Below are positions 35,680-50,843 of a stretch of DNA of 64,000 nucleotides, in pieces. Below the pieces are notes generated by a model. The model worked only from the letters and a program-made list of their open reading frames with translations. It made no database searches and was not told the origin of the DNA. The stretch lies in NCBI RefSeq assembly GCF_009914755.1, contig NC_060930.1, one strand, 5' to 3'. The translations under genes and the position numbers were made by a program. Source of the stretch: the human T2T-CHM13v2.0 reference genome, Homo sapiens. The stretch's first letter is position 1; each line of letters starts with the position of its first letter.

Positions 35680-38450
35680 ATATTTAAAACTTTTTATTTG
35701 ATCAAGGCAACACATGCACATACTTTTTAAAAAGCTTAACACATAAAACCAGAGGTCCTTTCCCTTTATAGCTCCCTTGCCCTTATTACCGCTGCATAAA
35801 GGCAACTATTTTCAACTTTGAAAACAATTTTATAGTGTTTATTTAAATATTTATTTTGCCTTTTTAAAAATAATAATCTACTACTTTTTCTAATTATAGA
35901 GACAGAGTCTATCTGTGTTGATCAGAGTGATCCTTGAACTCCTGGCCTCAAGCAATCCTCCTGCCTTGGTCTCCCAAAGCGCTGGGATTATTGGTGTGAT
36001 CCACTGTGCCTGGCCTACTTACGTATTTCTAAATATTGTACAAGTATTGATGGTTCCTGGTTCATTCAATTTAGTTATTTTATATTCACCTCTTTAAAAG
36101 AAGGTAGAGATTTTAGTTCTTTTACATTCCCCTTATCTATCCCCACATCTGCCCAATAGTTAGAACGTAATTTTAAAAATCCTTAGTTAAAGGAGTTGCT
36201 ATGGTTATGTAATTTTTTTTAAATTGTGAAGCCAAATAGTATAGGTATGAGCTTGATTTTTACACTTTTACATATTTCTGAAGTTAATTCTCATTTCATA
36301 TTTTTTCATTTATTTCATTTCTTTGAACCAGGAGCTAAGTTTTCTACCCCTTCCAGTAGTTCTGCAAAATGCTTCTCATAGATTTCTACAATTTAATCTT
36401 GCCAAAATAATCTTTTTTTTGTTTTTGTTTTGTTTTGTTTTGGAAGACATTTCTCTTGAAACCATGTGTCCTCCTACTCCAGTTTGGACCAATGGCTCTC
36501 TAGGCATGCCCTAAACTTTGGAATTTCCTTCATGTCTTTTCTCATGTTTGACCTCAATTTCTTAAGACTCAGGCTTTCTTCCCTTTTGGTTTAATCACAC
36601 ACTTTAGTAGAGAACTTTTTCTGAGAGCTTCTTGAAAAAAACATAAAGAAAAAATAATTTTTTTTGAGTTTTTGAATCTTTAAAAAAGTATTTTATCTTA
36701 CCTTTGGTTAGTATTTGGTTGTCTATAGAATTTAGGATTGAAAGTCATTTTCACTAAGAACTTTAAAGGCATAGTCTTTGTCTTCTAGCATTTAATGTTA
36801 CAATTGAGAAGCCCATTCTTCGTCCTTTTTATGTAATTTTATATTTTTAAAAGTTTGAAAGCTGTTAAGATCTTCTTTTCAAACTTAAATTTTTGAGATT
36901 TCATAATAAAATGCACAGTCATGAGTCCTACTGTACCCCATTAATTTCACTGCATATTATTTTTATCCATTTTGAAAAATATTCTTTTCTGTCTTTCTTT
37001 GATGATAGTTTTCTTCCCACTTTTATTATTATTATTATTAACTCATTTTGGGATAGATATTTGTTGAATGTGGGATATTTTGGATCAATTCTCCATTTTT
37101 TTCTTTTGCTTTCCTACTATTTATTGTTTTGGGCCTTTTAATTATATTTTCTAGGAAAACAGACTTCATGTTGTAACCCATTTGTTGAATATTTTATTTG
37201 GAGGTATAATTTTTACTTTTCAAGACAACCCTTTTATGATTATTTGTTTTATGGTTATTTCTATTTTTCTCTTTCTTTCACTTTCCTTTCTTTTTTCTTT
37301 TCTTTCTTTCTTTTTTTTTTCTTTTTTTGAGACAGGGTCTTGCTCTGTTGCCCAGGCTGGGGTACAGTGGCATCATCTTGGCTCACTGCAACCTCTGCCT
37401 CCCTGGTTCAAGTCCTCCCACCTCAGCACCCACACCCCTACCCCTGACCCCGAGTAGCTGAGACTACAGGTTCACGCCATGCCACCATGCCTGGCTAATT
37501 TTCTAATTTTTTTTTTTTTTTTTTTTTCAGAAATGGGGTCTCTCTATGTTGCCCAGGCTGGTCTTGAACTCCTGAGCACAAGCATTCCACCAGCCTTGGC
37601 CTCCCAAAGTGCTGGGATTACAGGCATGAGCCACTGTGCCTGGCCATGAATATTTTTATTTTCATCATTGTCTTTTATGTTTAATGTTCTCAGTATATAT
37701 TCAGAAGTGGAACACCAATCGATAAAGGGCTTGGCAGATCTTTGTATTGGGGCAGGTTGCCCATTGGACTGGTGGACCTATATGATTTTTTAAGAGTGGG
37801 TTAGTGTTCCTAGAGGATAATCCTCCAGATTCCTGCTTTAAGATTATGTCTAGCAGCTGGCATTTGAGGGCTGAGTAGTTCTGGGAGCTGTTTACTTCAC
37901 AATTCAGCGTGTAGGTTTTTACTAAATCCATATCATTTCTCCCATTAACACCCAGAAACTAAGTCTAATATCTTACTCCAGAATTGCTTTGGATTTGTTT
38001 TTCAACTCTGAAAGACTTCAGGTTAAACTTCTTAAAAAAATCAATTCTTGCAGTGTACCTAGTTACCTAATAGCACAAAGATGGGACAAACTGAGGGTCT
38101 TACTGCTCCTTTCAAAGATTTGCAAATATTACTGCTGTTTTGAAACCCCTTACATGCTCACCTTCAGAGATACCTGATACTTCCAATTGCTGAAACTTTC
38201 AGGGGACCTGAACAACAAACTAGATTACTTTGCATCAGGATATATATATATATTTTGTCCCAAGCACTTGGATTTGGACTCTTTTGCTTCTCCTAAGAAA
38301 TATTCCATCTTTTCATCTGCTAGGTTTATAATCTATTGTGGATGCAGTTACAAATGTCTTCTGGTTTCATTAAAGAAGGAATTTGTGCTTCAGTTTCTTG
38401 TTCTCTTGGATTTTGTTTTCTTTGTTTGGTATATTTTTTAGTGCAGGGGA
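35680..38450 (-). mobile_element. Old L1M fragments with an Alu monomer (~35895-36015) and an AluJ-like element (~37300-37645)
   Basis: T-rich degraded L1 text; Alu motifs. Confidence 0.55.
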
Positions 38451-39239
38451 AGGGATGGAGACTGAGGTCCCAGAGCAGCCTATGTACCACCCACCTGGTC
38501 CCCTCTTCTCCTGCTTCCCCCTTCTTGTTCTCTTTTATTTTGGATGGTGATTTTTAAGAGAAGAAATCAGAAGAGTTTACTTAACCATCCAATGATATTT
38601 TCCTTTTTTTTTTTTTTTATCATTTTCTCTTCCCTTTTCATGTTTATCTATTTCTTAGTCTTTTTCTTCTTTCCTACCTTAAATATTACATTAATTTTAA
38701 ATTATTTCACCTACTTGCTGACTAAATAAATATTATCTTAACCTAGAATTATTTTCCATGGCTAACTAAATGCTTTCTTCACAGAGATGTGGTCTCAGCT
38801 TGACTGCTACCTTCTTTTGAAGGCTTTTTCCAAACCTTTAAAACTGGGATAGATTCCGTTACCATATGTAGCCTTAATACCATTGTAGCATTTGCTATAT
38901 TATATTAAAGTTAGTGGCTTACTTGCCTTTTTACAATTTCACTAAGAGTAGGGACTGCTTCTTGGTCATTACTGTATTCCCAACACTTAGCTCAATTATC
39001 TCAAATGTAGTAGACACTTGAGAAATATTTGTTGCTTTAATGAATGTTAAAATGCACAAGTTCTATCAGTGTAGGACAGTAAAACATTTTAGTTTATTAG
39101 ACTTACTACTGTTACTATTTAGATTATTGTAGGAAATGATAAAAACTAAAATTTTTAAATACATCCCAGCACTAATAATCTTTTTATTCTTTTACTGTAA
39201 TAAGTGAAAATGAGACTTCTCAAATGTTTCAAAGAATAC

Positions 39240-39393
39240 CTTTGAATAATTTCATTAATACTTTTTTATACTTTCCTTTGCGTTGTTTTAGCTTAAGTTG
39301 TTTTAAACTTTAATGACTTTGCTTTTCAGCTCTTAACTGTAGGGCATTTTTGTAATTTCTATATACTGCCTGCTTTCTCCTCACTGGGCAGAA
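39240..39393 (-). pseudogene. PAN-like pseudo-exon
   Basis: tcttttcttttatgaag|...AAG|GTATTC; LKLKQRKGKYKK (CGC and TAT at Cys positions). Confidence 0.55.
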
Positions 39394-39490
39394 CTTCATA
39401 AAAGAAAAGATACAGGCATTATAATATACGTCTTCAGACTGGGATAAAAATAACTGAGTGGTAAGATTTATATGCATGAAATATTTATGC

Positions 39491-39604
39491 TAGAATGAAG
39501 AATCTTTCACATTATCACATATAATTATGATTATCTCTCCCAGATTACTTCTTGGCTTCCAAAACAAAATGCTTTCCCAGGCTAAACTTCAAAGTAGGTA
39601 ATGG
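39491..39604 (-). pseudogene. Pseudo-exon
   Basis: Acceptor tttctatctctttgaag; ITYFEV*PGKAFCFG. Confidence 0.35.
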
Positions 39605-39964
39605 CTTCAAAGAGATAGAAATTTAGCCCAGACAACAAAACAAAACGAAACAAAACCATAAAACAAAACAAATCGAGATGGCTCAGGGGTAAGAGACTTG
39701 ACCAAAAATGTGGCGTTAGTCTTTAGAAGCTTTATTAAGAAAACTTCGAAAGTCAATTACCCATTTGTAGTTTGCCCCTCGAATACTGCACGGGCAGTGA
39801 GCTGCACTTTTTTTTTCTAAACAACAAATGGGTTAAAAATAATTCAACTTAATAATAATTGGAAAGGAGCAGCAGGTAATCAGTCACTCATGCTAATGCT
39901 TTGTGCTTTTCTTAAGGAATACTGCTTTATGTTGCTTTTACAGTATGAGGAATTTGATGCTTAC

Positions 39965-40181
39965 CCAAATTTTTAAATTAAGATGAAAACATAATACAAT
40001 GCACCACAGTCAAAATAAACAACTTTGAACACAGCCCAGATAAAATGGTTTTGTATTTTCACTGATGGAAATACCTATTGAGACATCCGAAGGGATTTAA
40101 ACTGCATTCACTTAAGCAACCGGAATATTTAGTTTTGATGTTATCAGCACCATGGGCAGGTTGTCTCCTGAACACGCTTGA
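39965..40181 (-). pseudogene. Best-preserved PAN-like pseudo-exon
   Basis: tatttttcag|...TGG|GTAAGC; ORF 40059..40244 gives KTKYSGCLSECSLNP, and after a frameshift VSIGISISENTKPFYL. Confidence 0.8.
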
Positions 40182-40420
40182 CTGAAAAATAGTTTGGCTT
40201 AGCTTAGTGTTTTGCTCATCAAAGGATAAAGCATTACTGGACATTTTTATGGATAATTTTTTTAAATGTCGTGAATATAGTGAACTATGTATCTTCCCTA
40301 AATTAATGTTTCCCAGATTCCCTTTGGCATACTTATGTGCACATTCAGTAACAGTAGAATGAAAAGAAGGGTGGGGTTTATTTAGGTTTAAAGTCTGTAG
40401 AAGGAAGAGACAGTATACAC

Positions 40421-40422
<2 letters not shown>

Positions 40423-40460
<38 letters not shown>
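40423..40460. repeat. (CA)n microsatellite
   Basis: Direct. Confidence 0.95.
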
Positions 40461-40463
<3 letters not shown>

Positions 40464-40689
40464 CTAAAGGTTATCTTTATTATACATGCAATATATGCTC
40501 ATTAATGAACATTTATCAAAAATAAACTGAAAAGAAAAAAACAAAATGCTCCTAGTTGCGTTTTATACCCATACGACGATTGTTAATGTTTTACCATATT
40601 TTGTTTAAAACATTATTTTCTACACATTTATTGTTGATATTATTTATTTTAGATATATGTTTAGATATAACAATCTTTTAACTATGATA

Positions 40690-41028
<339 letters not shown>

Positions 41029-41148
41029 TGAAACTCCATTGACTGATTCCACCTACATACAAGATGTTATGCAGATTATACTGTTTCAAAACCATGAATA
41101 TTTATTAGTCCACACATAGTACCTGACCCAAAATAGGCTCTAAAATGA

Positions 41149-41307
<159 letters not shown>

Positions 41308-41599
41308 TGAGGAGATGAATAATGTTTTTAACAGCAATAGATTGTGAAAATACTTGGTCTCTGCTCAAAAGATCTTATAATATTGTTGGAACGATGTCAA
41401 CACATAAAAATGTGACGTGTTGAAATGAGGGTAAGGATAAGTTCAGAGAAGGCAGTGGCCGGCAGGGCATGGAACTGTGAGAAACAATTCCCGAAGAAAA
41501 CAAGATTTGAGATGGACCATGAAGCTGAGTAGAATTTATGTTGTTTAGCTTAGAGGTAGAGATATCACAGATGGAAACAATAGCAGGAACAAAAGCTGA

Positions 41600-41842
41600 G
41601 AGAAGCTATTGGACACAATATATCCAGAAAAATAGCATGAAAGGAGGACTAATTGAAGAATAATATACCGATAGCTTAGGTCTAGGGATAAAGCTACATG
41701 ACAGCTTTCACGGGATAAGCAGAGCTCAAGTAAGTAGTTATAACTGTGATGACATTTACAAAGCTGAAGTTGTACAGCAGGTGTATCGGAGTATAGCTGG
41801 CACACTGAACCCATTGGACACATGAGTGTGCAGACAATGCAC
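41600..41842 (-). pseudogene. PAN-like pseudo-exon (donor uncertain)
   Basis: ORF 41545..41823: (CIVCTL)MCPMGSVCQLYSD...SYNYLLELCLSRESCHVAL (L-x3-C-x5-C). Confidence 0.7.
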
Positions 41843-43545
41843 CTGTATGTTGTCTCTCATTATCCCTTTAAAATTTGGAGGGAGGTGATTTTCTGCTCCC
41901 ATGAATACTTGGACAATGTCATTTTACATTTATGGTCACTTTAGATTACAAACATGTTCTAAGCCAGAAATTAGAGTGCTTGCCCCTTCTCATAGTCAAG
42001 TTTCTAGCTCCATTCCATGTAAATGCTGTGCTCCCTCAGGTTTTCAGTAGGGGTAGAGGTGTGGTTGCCTCCTTCTTTCTCATTCCTTTTTTACTAGTTG
42101 CTATTCCTGACTCTTCTGGGGAAGGGCTGAAGGTGTGAGGAAGAAAAATAGGAAAGAGGAAGAGAACATTTCTTATTGGATTAGGACTATTCTAAATTGA
42201 TTCCTTGGTCCTGGGCCTGGCCCTTGTCTAAAACTGACTCTTTTGAGGGTGATTTTGGATGTTCTTAGTAGAGTCTCTCACCTGTACTTTCCTTGCCTAA
42301 GGTGCTGTCTTCTCTTGCAGGTTGCATACACGTTCCTCACATGCCCTAAGAACCATGGGATACTTTTAGCTTCTCTCCACTGAGGTCTTCCTCCCTGCCC
42401 CTACGCCTAGATGGTCCTGATAGAACCTAAGTTGGCTCCACAACTTCTTTTCATTGTGCATGGCCCACACCTGCTCTTGGGGACCTTCACACAGCATTTG
42501 CCCTATTGATGATGGGAGTGCAGGCAGATTCCAAAGAAACTCATCTTCTTCAGATCATCTCTTAGTATGACAACCATCTCACATTCTTTTTGGCATTTCT
42601 GTACAGCATGTCAGACACCAGTCCCCTATATATTCTCTTAACTGTAGAAGATGAATAGCAAACTCTTTAAAAACTCTCCTTCAAGCCACTTTCACTAGGT
42701 TTCAGGTGTGAATAGACAATGGAGAGGTCCTCCCAGTGGTGGGTATTGGTCTCGCAGCCCAGCTATTCCCAATAAATCATCTTGAAAAACCTTTGATCTC
42801 CATATAAATGAAAGGTTAAGGAGTCATGAACTGGGTTTGACGTTTTTCTCTAAAGGTTTCCATCGTGGTTTTCTACCTCACCTTAATGCCATTTTAGGAA
42901 TTCACCCAAAACTTCTATTTTAAATCTTCTTCCAGGAGAATATATGTAAAATACAGGACCTAACTTTGTCTGTGAGACCAGCAAAAATATTCCTAAGGAA
43001 ATGAAGAGGGAAATTTCAATGAAGCAAAGAAAAGAACATTTCAAGAATGGAAGATTACTGAATAGTGTTAAAGGCTTATAAGAAGGCAAGTAAGAGAAGG
43101 ACTGAGAACTCATTTCTTTGGCAACCTTGGAAAGAACAAATACCATGAGAAGTGTAGGTGGAAATTAACTAGTATGAGGCTGAAAAAAGAATAAGTAAGG
43201 AAATGAAGACCACGAACTTTCAAACTTCAGAAAATTTTGAAGTGAAGAGGAGTTGTGGATTCTTTTCAAATAGGAAAGAAAGTGCTATAGGAAGAAGTTG
43301 GTAGATTAAAAAGTGGTTGATGATACCAGTAAGAGAAGTAATAATTTAAAGGATAGATAGTGAATTCAAAAAGACTAGAGGGGCTGGAATCCAAAGTTGA
43401 GGTAAAGCTTAGCCTTGGGCAAGAGAAACACCTCCTAGTCATGTATTAAGAGAAAAGAATTAGTGCACATTTAGGGGAGATTTGAAGATTTGGTATTTGG
43501 AAGCTGAAGAGTTCATGACTTGATGGCTTCTACTTCCTCAGTTTA

Positions 43546-43959
<414 letters not shown>

Positions 43960-44310
43960 TTATTTTGATTGATAATTTCAGACAGTGCTTACTCTGCACA
44001 AGAACCTGTACAAGTGCTTTGCAAACACACACCAATCCAATTCCGTGTCTCCACTCACCTGGGACTACTCTTAACTTCCAATCCATTCTTTCACCCCCAC
44101 AAACCATTCTCAGTACAGCAGCCAAAGTAGAGTTTACAAGAATACAAACCATGTCAACATCCCTGTTTTAAGCACAAGGTCTTGCATGGCTTCCCAGTGC
44201 CTGGAGGTAAGTCTCACATGGTCTGGACCCTGCCAGTCCCTGCAACTTCATCTTCTGTTGTGTGGTACATTGTTTTGGAACTCTGGTAAATAGATCTGTT
44301 TTTATTTCAC

Positions 44311-44426
44311 TTAAGGTTTCTAACAAGGTTTTTACAGGAATATGAGAAAGCTGTTGGGATTTATTTCAGATTATTTCTGAACATTACTTAGGTAATTTTT
44401 TGTAATACACATGTAAAATGAATACA
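44311..44426 (-). pseudogene. PAN-like pseudo-exon
   Basis: gtttctttcag|; YSFYMC... and YSCKN/C*KP. Confidence 0.55.
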
Positions 44427-44497
44427 CTGAAAGAAACCAATTCTCCCCCAAACCCTGAATTTCTTTTTCATAGAGCTTGAACTCTTATTTAAGTTTC

Positions 44498-44533
<36 letters not shown>

Positions 44534-44563
44534 AAAAGCTCTTATAAAGTGTTGTATTCTCAC

Positions 44564-44698
44564 TACCCAAGTAGGGATAGGGTAAACCAATGCATGGTAA
44601 TGAGAATTATGAGAAAATGCTGACACTTTGTTTTATACTTGTCTATTTATTCAAATCTCTCTCCTCTCACCCTATTTTGTTTTTATGCCTCTGTCAAC
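44564..44698 (-). pseudogene. PAN-like pseudo-exon
   Basis: cttattcag|; VRGERFE*IDKYKTKCQH/SHYHALVYP. Confidence 0.6.
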
Positions 44699-45373
44699 CT
44701 GAATAAGTATGTATTGGGCAGAATATCAAAATAAATTTTCTGTTATTTTTAGTCTTATTTCATATTTAAATAAACCTGTAAATTTGGGGTAGTTTTACTA
44801 ACCCATTAACATTTTCTGTGGGGATAAAAAAAAAGTCTGTGAAGTTTTACCACGGCGAGAATTTTTTTCCTCTTTTTTCTTTCTGTCATTTTTTTAAAAA
44901 AGCTAATGTAAAAAAATGTGGCAGTACATCCTTAAGTCTTAAGATTCCCCAAAATGAACAAACAAAAGATGATAAAAGACATTGGTTTAGTTTTAGTAGT
45001 TCTTTGTATTCCAAAATAAATACGTAAAACAGGAAATAATTCCTACTTAAATATTCTTGGGCAAGATCATTAGACAATATTTATTAATTTAGTGTGATCT
45101 ACATAAACTGACACTTTTGGCTATTTTGAAAATTTTTCAATGAGTCATTAGATTTCCAATTTGCACGTTTTAAAGAAAATGTTTTTAAAAATGTGGATGT
45201 TCAAGTAAGAAGATATCTCAAATTCATGTATTTGAAACACTTGATATATATTTTTCTATGACTTGTGAGTTACTACTCATTTTTTTGAGTTTTTTTTAAA
45301 TGTCCCAATAATTTGGTTAACTTTTGCAAATAACACCTATGCAGTAATCAGTAATGAAATAAATATCACTCAC

Positions 45374-45651
45374 CAAAGTCATAAAATAAAACTTAATTCA
45401 AGATAGTAGCATTCTTCTACTTTTTCTTCCACTCTGCTTTCTTCCACTTTTTAGATATATAGATATAGATAGATACAGATATAGATATAGACAGATTCTG
45501 GCTTTGTTACTGGGCATTTGCATGCAAGTATATATTTTGTTTTGACAAATCATTTTTCTACTCTACCTTAGTAGCTTTCATGACCTCTACTGACTCAATA
45601 GATTATAAGAGCAGACACACTGCTGTACTGATTTTTAAAATTGTATATTTG
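45374..45651 (-). pseudogene. PAN-like pseudo-exon with an internal (ATATCT)n expansion
   Basis: tttatttctctctaaag|...TTG|GTGAGT; ISTAVCLLL... and KVEESRVEEKVEECYYL. Confidence 0.55.
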
Positions 45652-45905
45652 CTTTAGAGAGAAATAAATTGAATAGGAAGGACTAGAAAAAATGATTTAA
45701 CCAAATACTAAGAGAGCAAATTTGATACATGTTGATCAGGTACTAATTCAGCTCATCCTTTCCTCTTCAGCAGGCTACTCCGGTTTACTCAGAATGTGAG
45801 GGGAGACAGGCGTCTATCTTTACATGTGGCCTAGTGACCAGAAGCATCAGCATCACCTAGGAACTTGTTAGAAATGCAAATCTGTGAGCACCATCTCAGA
45901 CTTGC

Positions 45906-46408
45906 TGTATTAGTCAGCGTTCTGCAGAAAAACAGAACATATTCATCTATATCTATCTATATCTGTATCTATATATCTGAAGATTTGTAATAGGAATTGG
46001 CTCACATAATTATGGAGGCCAAGAAGTCCCACAATCTGCCTGCTACGTGTATGTTGGAGATCCAGAAAAGCCAGTGGTGTAATTCAGTCTGAGTCTGAAG
46101 GCCACTGGGGAGCCAATGACATATAACCAAACCTGAGGTCATGAGAAGATGAAATGATATAGCCAAGCTCAAGAAGTTAGGCAGGAACAAAGGGGAAATT
46201 CCTCCTTTCTCAGCCTTTTGTTCTATTCAGGCCCTCCATGGATTGGATGATGCCCAACCACACTGGGGAGGGCAATCTACTTTACTGAGTCCACCGACTC
46301 AAATGCTAATTTCATTCAGAAACATCCTCCCAGACACACCCAGAAACAATGTTTAATTTGAGTACTCCCACAGCCCACCCAAGTTGGCACATAAAATTAA
46401 GCATCACA
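45906..46408 (-). mobile_element. MLT2B-like ERVL solo LTR inserted in a MER5A-like element, TSD cttgc
   Basis: tgtattagtc...aaaattaagcatcaca, with cttgc at 45901-45905 and 46409-46413. Confidence 0.85.
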
Positions 46409-46793
46409 CTTGCTTAATGAAAAGCCAGAGTGTGAGGTCTAGTACTTGTACTTTAACAGAGCTTCCAGATAATTCTGATTCTGGCACAGTTATCAAGAAA
46501 AGAACAGTGCTCCATGCAGAAGAATATAATTGATTTATTACATTGATTTATTACAAATATAAATATGTGAAATCAATGATGTAAATTGTGAAAATTATGT
46601 TATGGTTTTTGTTTGTTCCACACGAGTGTAAACCTCACAAATTTTTCAAGTGGATTTTCAAACATTTTAAACCCTATACCTTTTTTCTCACAAAAACATT
46701 TTATTCAGAATTATGGAAATTAGAACCAATCACAGATAGGACTACTTTAGCACAACCAAAACCACCCGTCTTGTCACCCTCACTTCTTAAGAC

Positions 46794-46987
46794 CTCTTAA
46801 GGTCCGTAACGTTTCTTCAAGATTCATAATAAAATCAGAGCAAGCCCTGTAATATTGCTTCAGCAAAGCATGACGTATCAATTGCACCATCTGGGGAGAA
46901 ACCTATGTGGTCTTATACATGAAATCTATGCTATTTCAATTGAACTCCCACAGCTAACTTCACCCCAATATTTTAGCCACACTAAGA
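46794..46987 (-). pseudogene. PAN-like pseudo-exon
   Basis: ttgttccttcccatag|; GAIDTSCFAEAILQGLL*FYYES. Confidence 0.6.
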
Positions 46988-47279
46988 CTATGGGAAGGAA
47001 CAAGCACTCAGAAATGCAGGGTGGTCAGCCAATTTGCATAATATGAATTCAATAGGTTTAAAATTTTTTATTTAACATTTATTTAGAGAAGAAGCTGTTA
47101 GTCTCATGGGGGCAGGGTAGGGTAGGTTAAAGCCAGTGATGGGGCCTCAGCTCTGCTCTGCAAAACCTACTTTACAAATTAAAGCTCCTCTTTTAAGTTG
47201 GACCCACCCTCTGACAGAGACAGTTTAATGACCATCTGTTTTTATTCAAAATACTCCTTGGGGGAAGGAGGCATCTCAC

Positions 47280-47452
47280 CTCACACTCCAAGCGGCTTAT
47301 CAAAGTATTTCCTTCCAACCAAAGACAAACATGTTCCCTGAGAAGAGAGCTGGTAGATATTTTCTTTCTTCATTTTTTTACATGTCCTGGAATGGTTCAG
47401 CAACCTAATAATGTTTTATCAATCCTCGTGAGCACTTCTCTCAGATCCTGGC
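47280..47452 (-). pseudogene. 3' part of the PAN-like exon split by HERV-H
   Basis: GQDLREVLTRIDKTLLGC*TIPGHVKK*RK/IYQLSSQGTCLSLVGRKYFD; donor GAG|GTGAGA. Confidence 0.75.
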
Positions 47453-47902
47453 TTTCATGCATGTCCGTGTGAAGAGACCACCAAACAGGCTTTGTGTGAG
47501 CAACATGGCTGTTTATTTCACCTGGGTGCAGGCGGGCTGAGTCCGAAGAGAGTCAGCGAAGGGAGATAAGGGTGGAGCCATTTCATAGGATTCGGGTAGG
47601 TAAAGGAAAATTACAGTCAAAGAGGGTTTATTCTCTGGCGGGCAGGAGTGGGGGTCACAAAGTGCTCAGTGGGGGTGCTTTTGAGCCAGGATGAGCCAGG
47701 AAAAGGACTTTCACAAGGTAATGTCATCACTTAAGGCAAGGACCGGCCATTTACACTTCTTTTGTGGTGGAATGTCATCAGTTAAGGTGGGGCAGGGCAT
47801 ATTCACTTCTTTTGTGATTCTTCAGTTACTTCAGGCCATCTGGGTGTATACGTGCAAGTCACAGGGGATGTGATGGCTTGGCTTGGGCTCAGAGGCCTGA
47901 CA
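47453..47902 (-). mobile_element. 3' LTR7
   Basis: TGTCAGGCC...CATGAAA on minus; AATAAA at 47512-47517; TATA mutated to TATGAAA; PPT AATATAAGAAGGCAGGAA adjacent. Confidence 0.97.
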
Positions 47903-49224
47903 TTCCTGCCTTCTTATATTAATAAGAAAAATAAAACAAAATGGTGTTGAAGTGTTGGGGCGGTGAAAATTTTTGGGGGGTGGTACGGAGAGAGAATGGG
48001 CGATGTTTCTCAGGGCTGCTTCAAGTGGGATTAGGGGCGGCGTGGGAACCTAGAGTGGGAGAGATTAAGCTGAAGGGAGGTCTTGTGGTAAGGGGTGATA
48101 TTGTGGGGATGTTAGAAGAAACATTTGTCTTATAGAATGATTGGTGATGGCCTGGATACGGTTTTGGATGAATTGAGAAACTAAATGGAATAACAGAAGG
48201 AGAAAAACAGGTATAAAAGATCGAAGAATTGGGACGACTCAGGACATCTGATTAGACAGTGCCTAAAGAGATTCAGCATAGTCCTGCCAGCAAAGATTAT
48301 TTATTTACTTCAAGAGTTAAGAGTGGCAGTTTGGGGATAGCACCAGGAGATATCAGCTGTGATGGCTTGGAAAAACAGTGTAAACTGGCAGTGTAAACAA
48401 GAGCAGGGCATGTATGAGTAGTTGAGAACAGTGAATAGGAGTATGACTAGACAGAAGATAGTAGGGATGACAAGTTTTTTGGGGGCACAGTCTAACTTGG
48501 TCTGGTGTCTAGAATGAGACTGGGGCCTAATAAAAAGGAGCGTCTATACAGGAGCTCAAATGGGCTGTACCCTGCAGCATTCCAAGGACGGGCCTAAATT
48601 CTGAGAAGGGAAAGTGGTAAAAGTATTGTCCAGTCCTTTTTAAGTTGGTGGCTGAGCTTGGTGAGGTGTGTTTTTAAAAGACCTTTAGTCCATTCTACTT
48701 TTCTTGAAGACAGAGGACCGTAAGGGATATAAAGGTTTCACTGAATACTAAGAGCCTGAAAAACTGCTTGGCTGATTTGACTAATAAAGGCTCATCTGTT
48801 ATCAGACTGTATTGAGGTGGGAAGGCTAAACTGAGGAATTATGTCTGACAGAAGGGAAGAAATGACTGTGGTGGCCTTCTCAGACCCTGTAGGAAAGGCC
48901 TCTACCTATCCAGTGAAAGTATCTAACTAGACTAAGAGGTATTTTAGTTATCCGACTCAGGGCATGTTGAGTAAAGCTAATTTGCCAGTCCTGGGTGGGG
49001 CAAATCCTCGAGCTTGATGTGTAGGGAAGGGAGGGGGCCTGAATAATCCCTGAGGAGTAGTAGAATAGCAGATGGAACACTGAGAAGTTATTTCCTTGAG
49101 GATAGATTTCCACGATGGAAAGGAAATGAGAGGTTCTGAGAGGCGGGCTAGTGGCTTGTTCTATAGCATAACCTGCCTTTGGTGGTGTGTGTCGATTAGG
49201 CCTGGTGGAATCGCCATCACTAAA

Positions 49225-50663
49225 TCAAGCGTGATCAGGGTGAGGAACAGGAAAGAAGGAAATTTGGGGAAATGGGGTGAATGTCAGGTGGATCAGAGAG
49301 ATACAGTCATGGGGGTCAGGTGTGGTATCAGGAATAATGTGGGAGACCGGATTGAAGTCTGGGCCAGGAACAACGGTAATTGTGGGAGACTCAACAAAGA
49401 GTGAGTATAGCTGAAGGAGCCGGGGAGCAGAAAGTATATGCATCAGGTATGAGGAAGCAAATAGATTTTGGAAGTTATGAGAACTATAGAGAGTGAGTTG
49501 AACATAGTTTGTGATTTTTAGGGCCTCTAAAAGTATTAAAGCAGCAGCAGCCACTGCACGCAGACATGAGGGCTAGGCTAAAACAGTAAGGTCAAGTTGT
49601 TTGGACAGAAAGGCTAAAGGGTGTGGTCCTGGCTCCTGTGTAAGAATTCAGACCATGCTAACCATGCCTAGGAAGGAAAGGAGTTGTTGTTTTGTAGAAG
49701 GTGCTGGGGTTTGAGAGATCAGTCGGACACGATTGGCAGGGAGAGCACGTGTGTTTTTATGAGAATTATGCCGAGATAGGTAACAGATGAGGAAGAAATT
49801 TGGGCTTGATTGAAGTAATGGGGGCTGTCTGTGAAGCTTTGCAGCAGTACAGCCTAGGTAATTTGCTGAGCTTGATGGGTGTCAGGGTCAGTCCAAGTGA
49901 AAGTGAAGAGAGGCTGGTATTAAGGGTGCAAAGGAATAGTAAAGAAAGCATGTTTGAGATCTAGAAGAGAATAATGGGTTATAGAGGCAGGTATTGAGGA
50001 TAGGAGAGTATATGGGTTTGGCACCACGGGGTGGATAGGCAAAACAATTTGGTTGATAAGGTGCAGATCCTGAACTAACTTGTAAGGCTTGTCTGGTTTT
50101 AGGACAGGTAAAATGGGGGAATTGTAAGGAGAGTTTATAGGCTTTAAAAGGCCATGCTGTAGCAGGCGAGTGATAACAGGCTTTAATCTTTTTAAAGCGT
50201 GCTGCGGGATGGGATATTGGCATTGAGTGGGGTAAGGGTGATTAGGTTTTAATGAGATGGTAAGGGGTGCATGATCGGTCGCCAAGGAGGGAGTAGAGGT
50301 ATCTTATACTTGTGGGTTAAGGGGGGTGGATACAAGAGGAGGATGCAAAGGAGGCTTTGGATTGGGAAGAAGGGCGGCAATGAGATATAGCTGTAGTCCA
50401 GGAATAGTCAGGGAAGCAGATAATTTAGTTAAAGTGTCTCAGCCTAATAAGGGAACTGGGCAGGTGGGGATAACTAAAAAGGAGTGCTTAAAAGAGTATT
50501 GTCTAAGTTGGCACCAGAGTTGGGGAGTTTTAAGAGGTTTAGAAGCCTGGCCGTCAATACCCACAACAGTTATGGAGGCAAGGGAAACAGGCCCTTGAAA
50601 AGAAGGTAATGTGGAGTGGGTAGCCTCCGTATTGATTAAGAAGGGGACGGGCTTACCTTCCAC
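49225..50663 (-). pseudogene. pol: HERV-H pro-pol remnants (protease, N-terminal RT, downstream pol fragments)
   Basis: FLINTEATHS (degenerate DTGA), SPYNSPILPVLKPD..LVQDL, LDLKHAFFTIPLHP; broken frames. Confidence 0.9.
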
Positions 50664-50843
50664 TGTGAGAGTTACCTGAAGCTTGGCGTCCGTGATGGTC
50701 TAGGGGGCTTCCAAGGCGATCGGGCAGTGTCAGTCTTCAGCTGCTAAGCCGAGAAGATCTGGGAAGGAGTCAGTCAGAGAGCCTTGGGCCAGAGTTCCAG
50801 GGGCTCTGGGAGTGGCTGCCAGGTGAGTTGAACAGTCCGATTT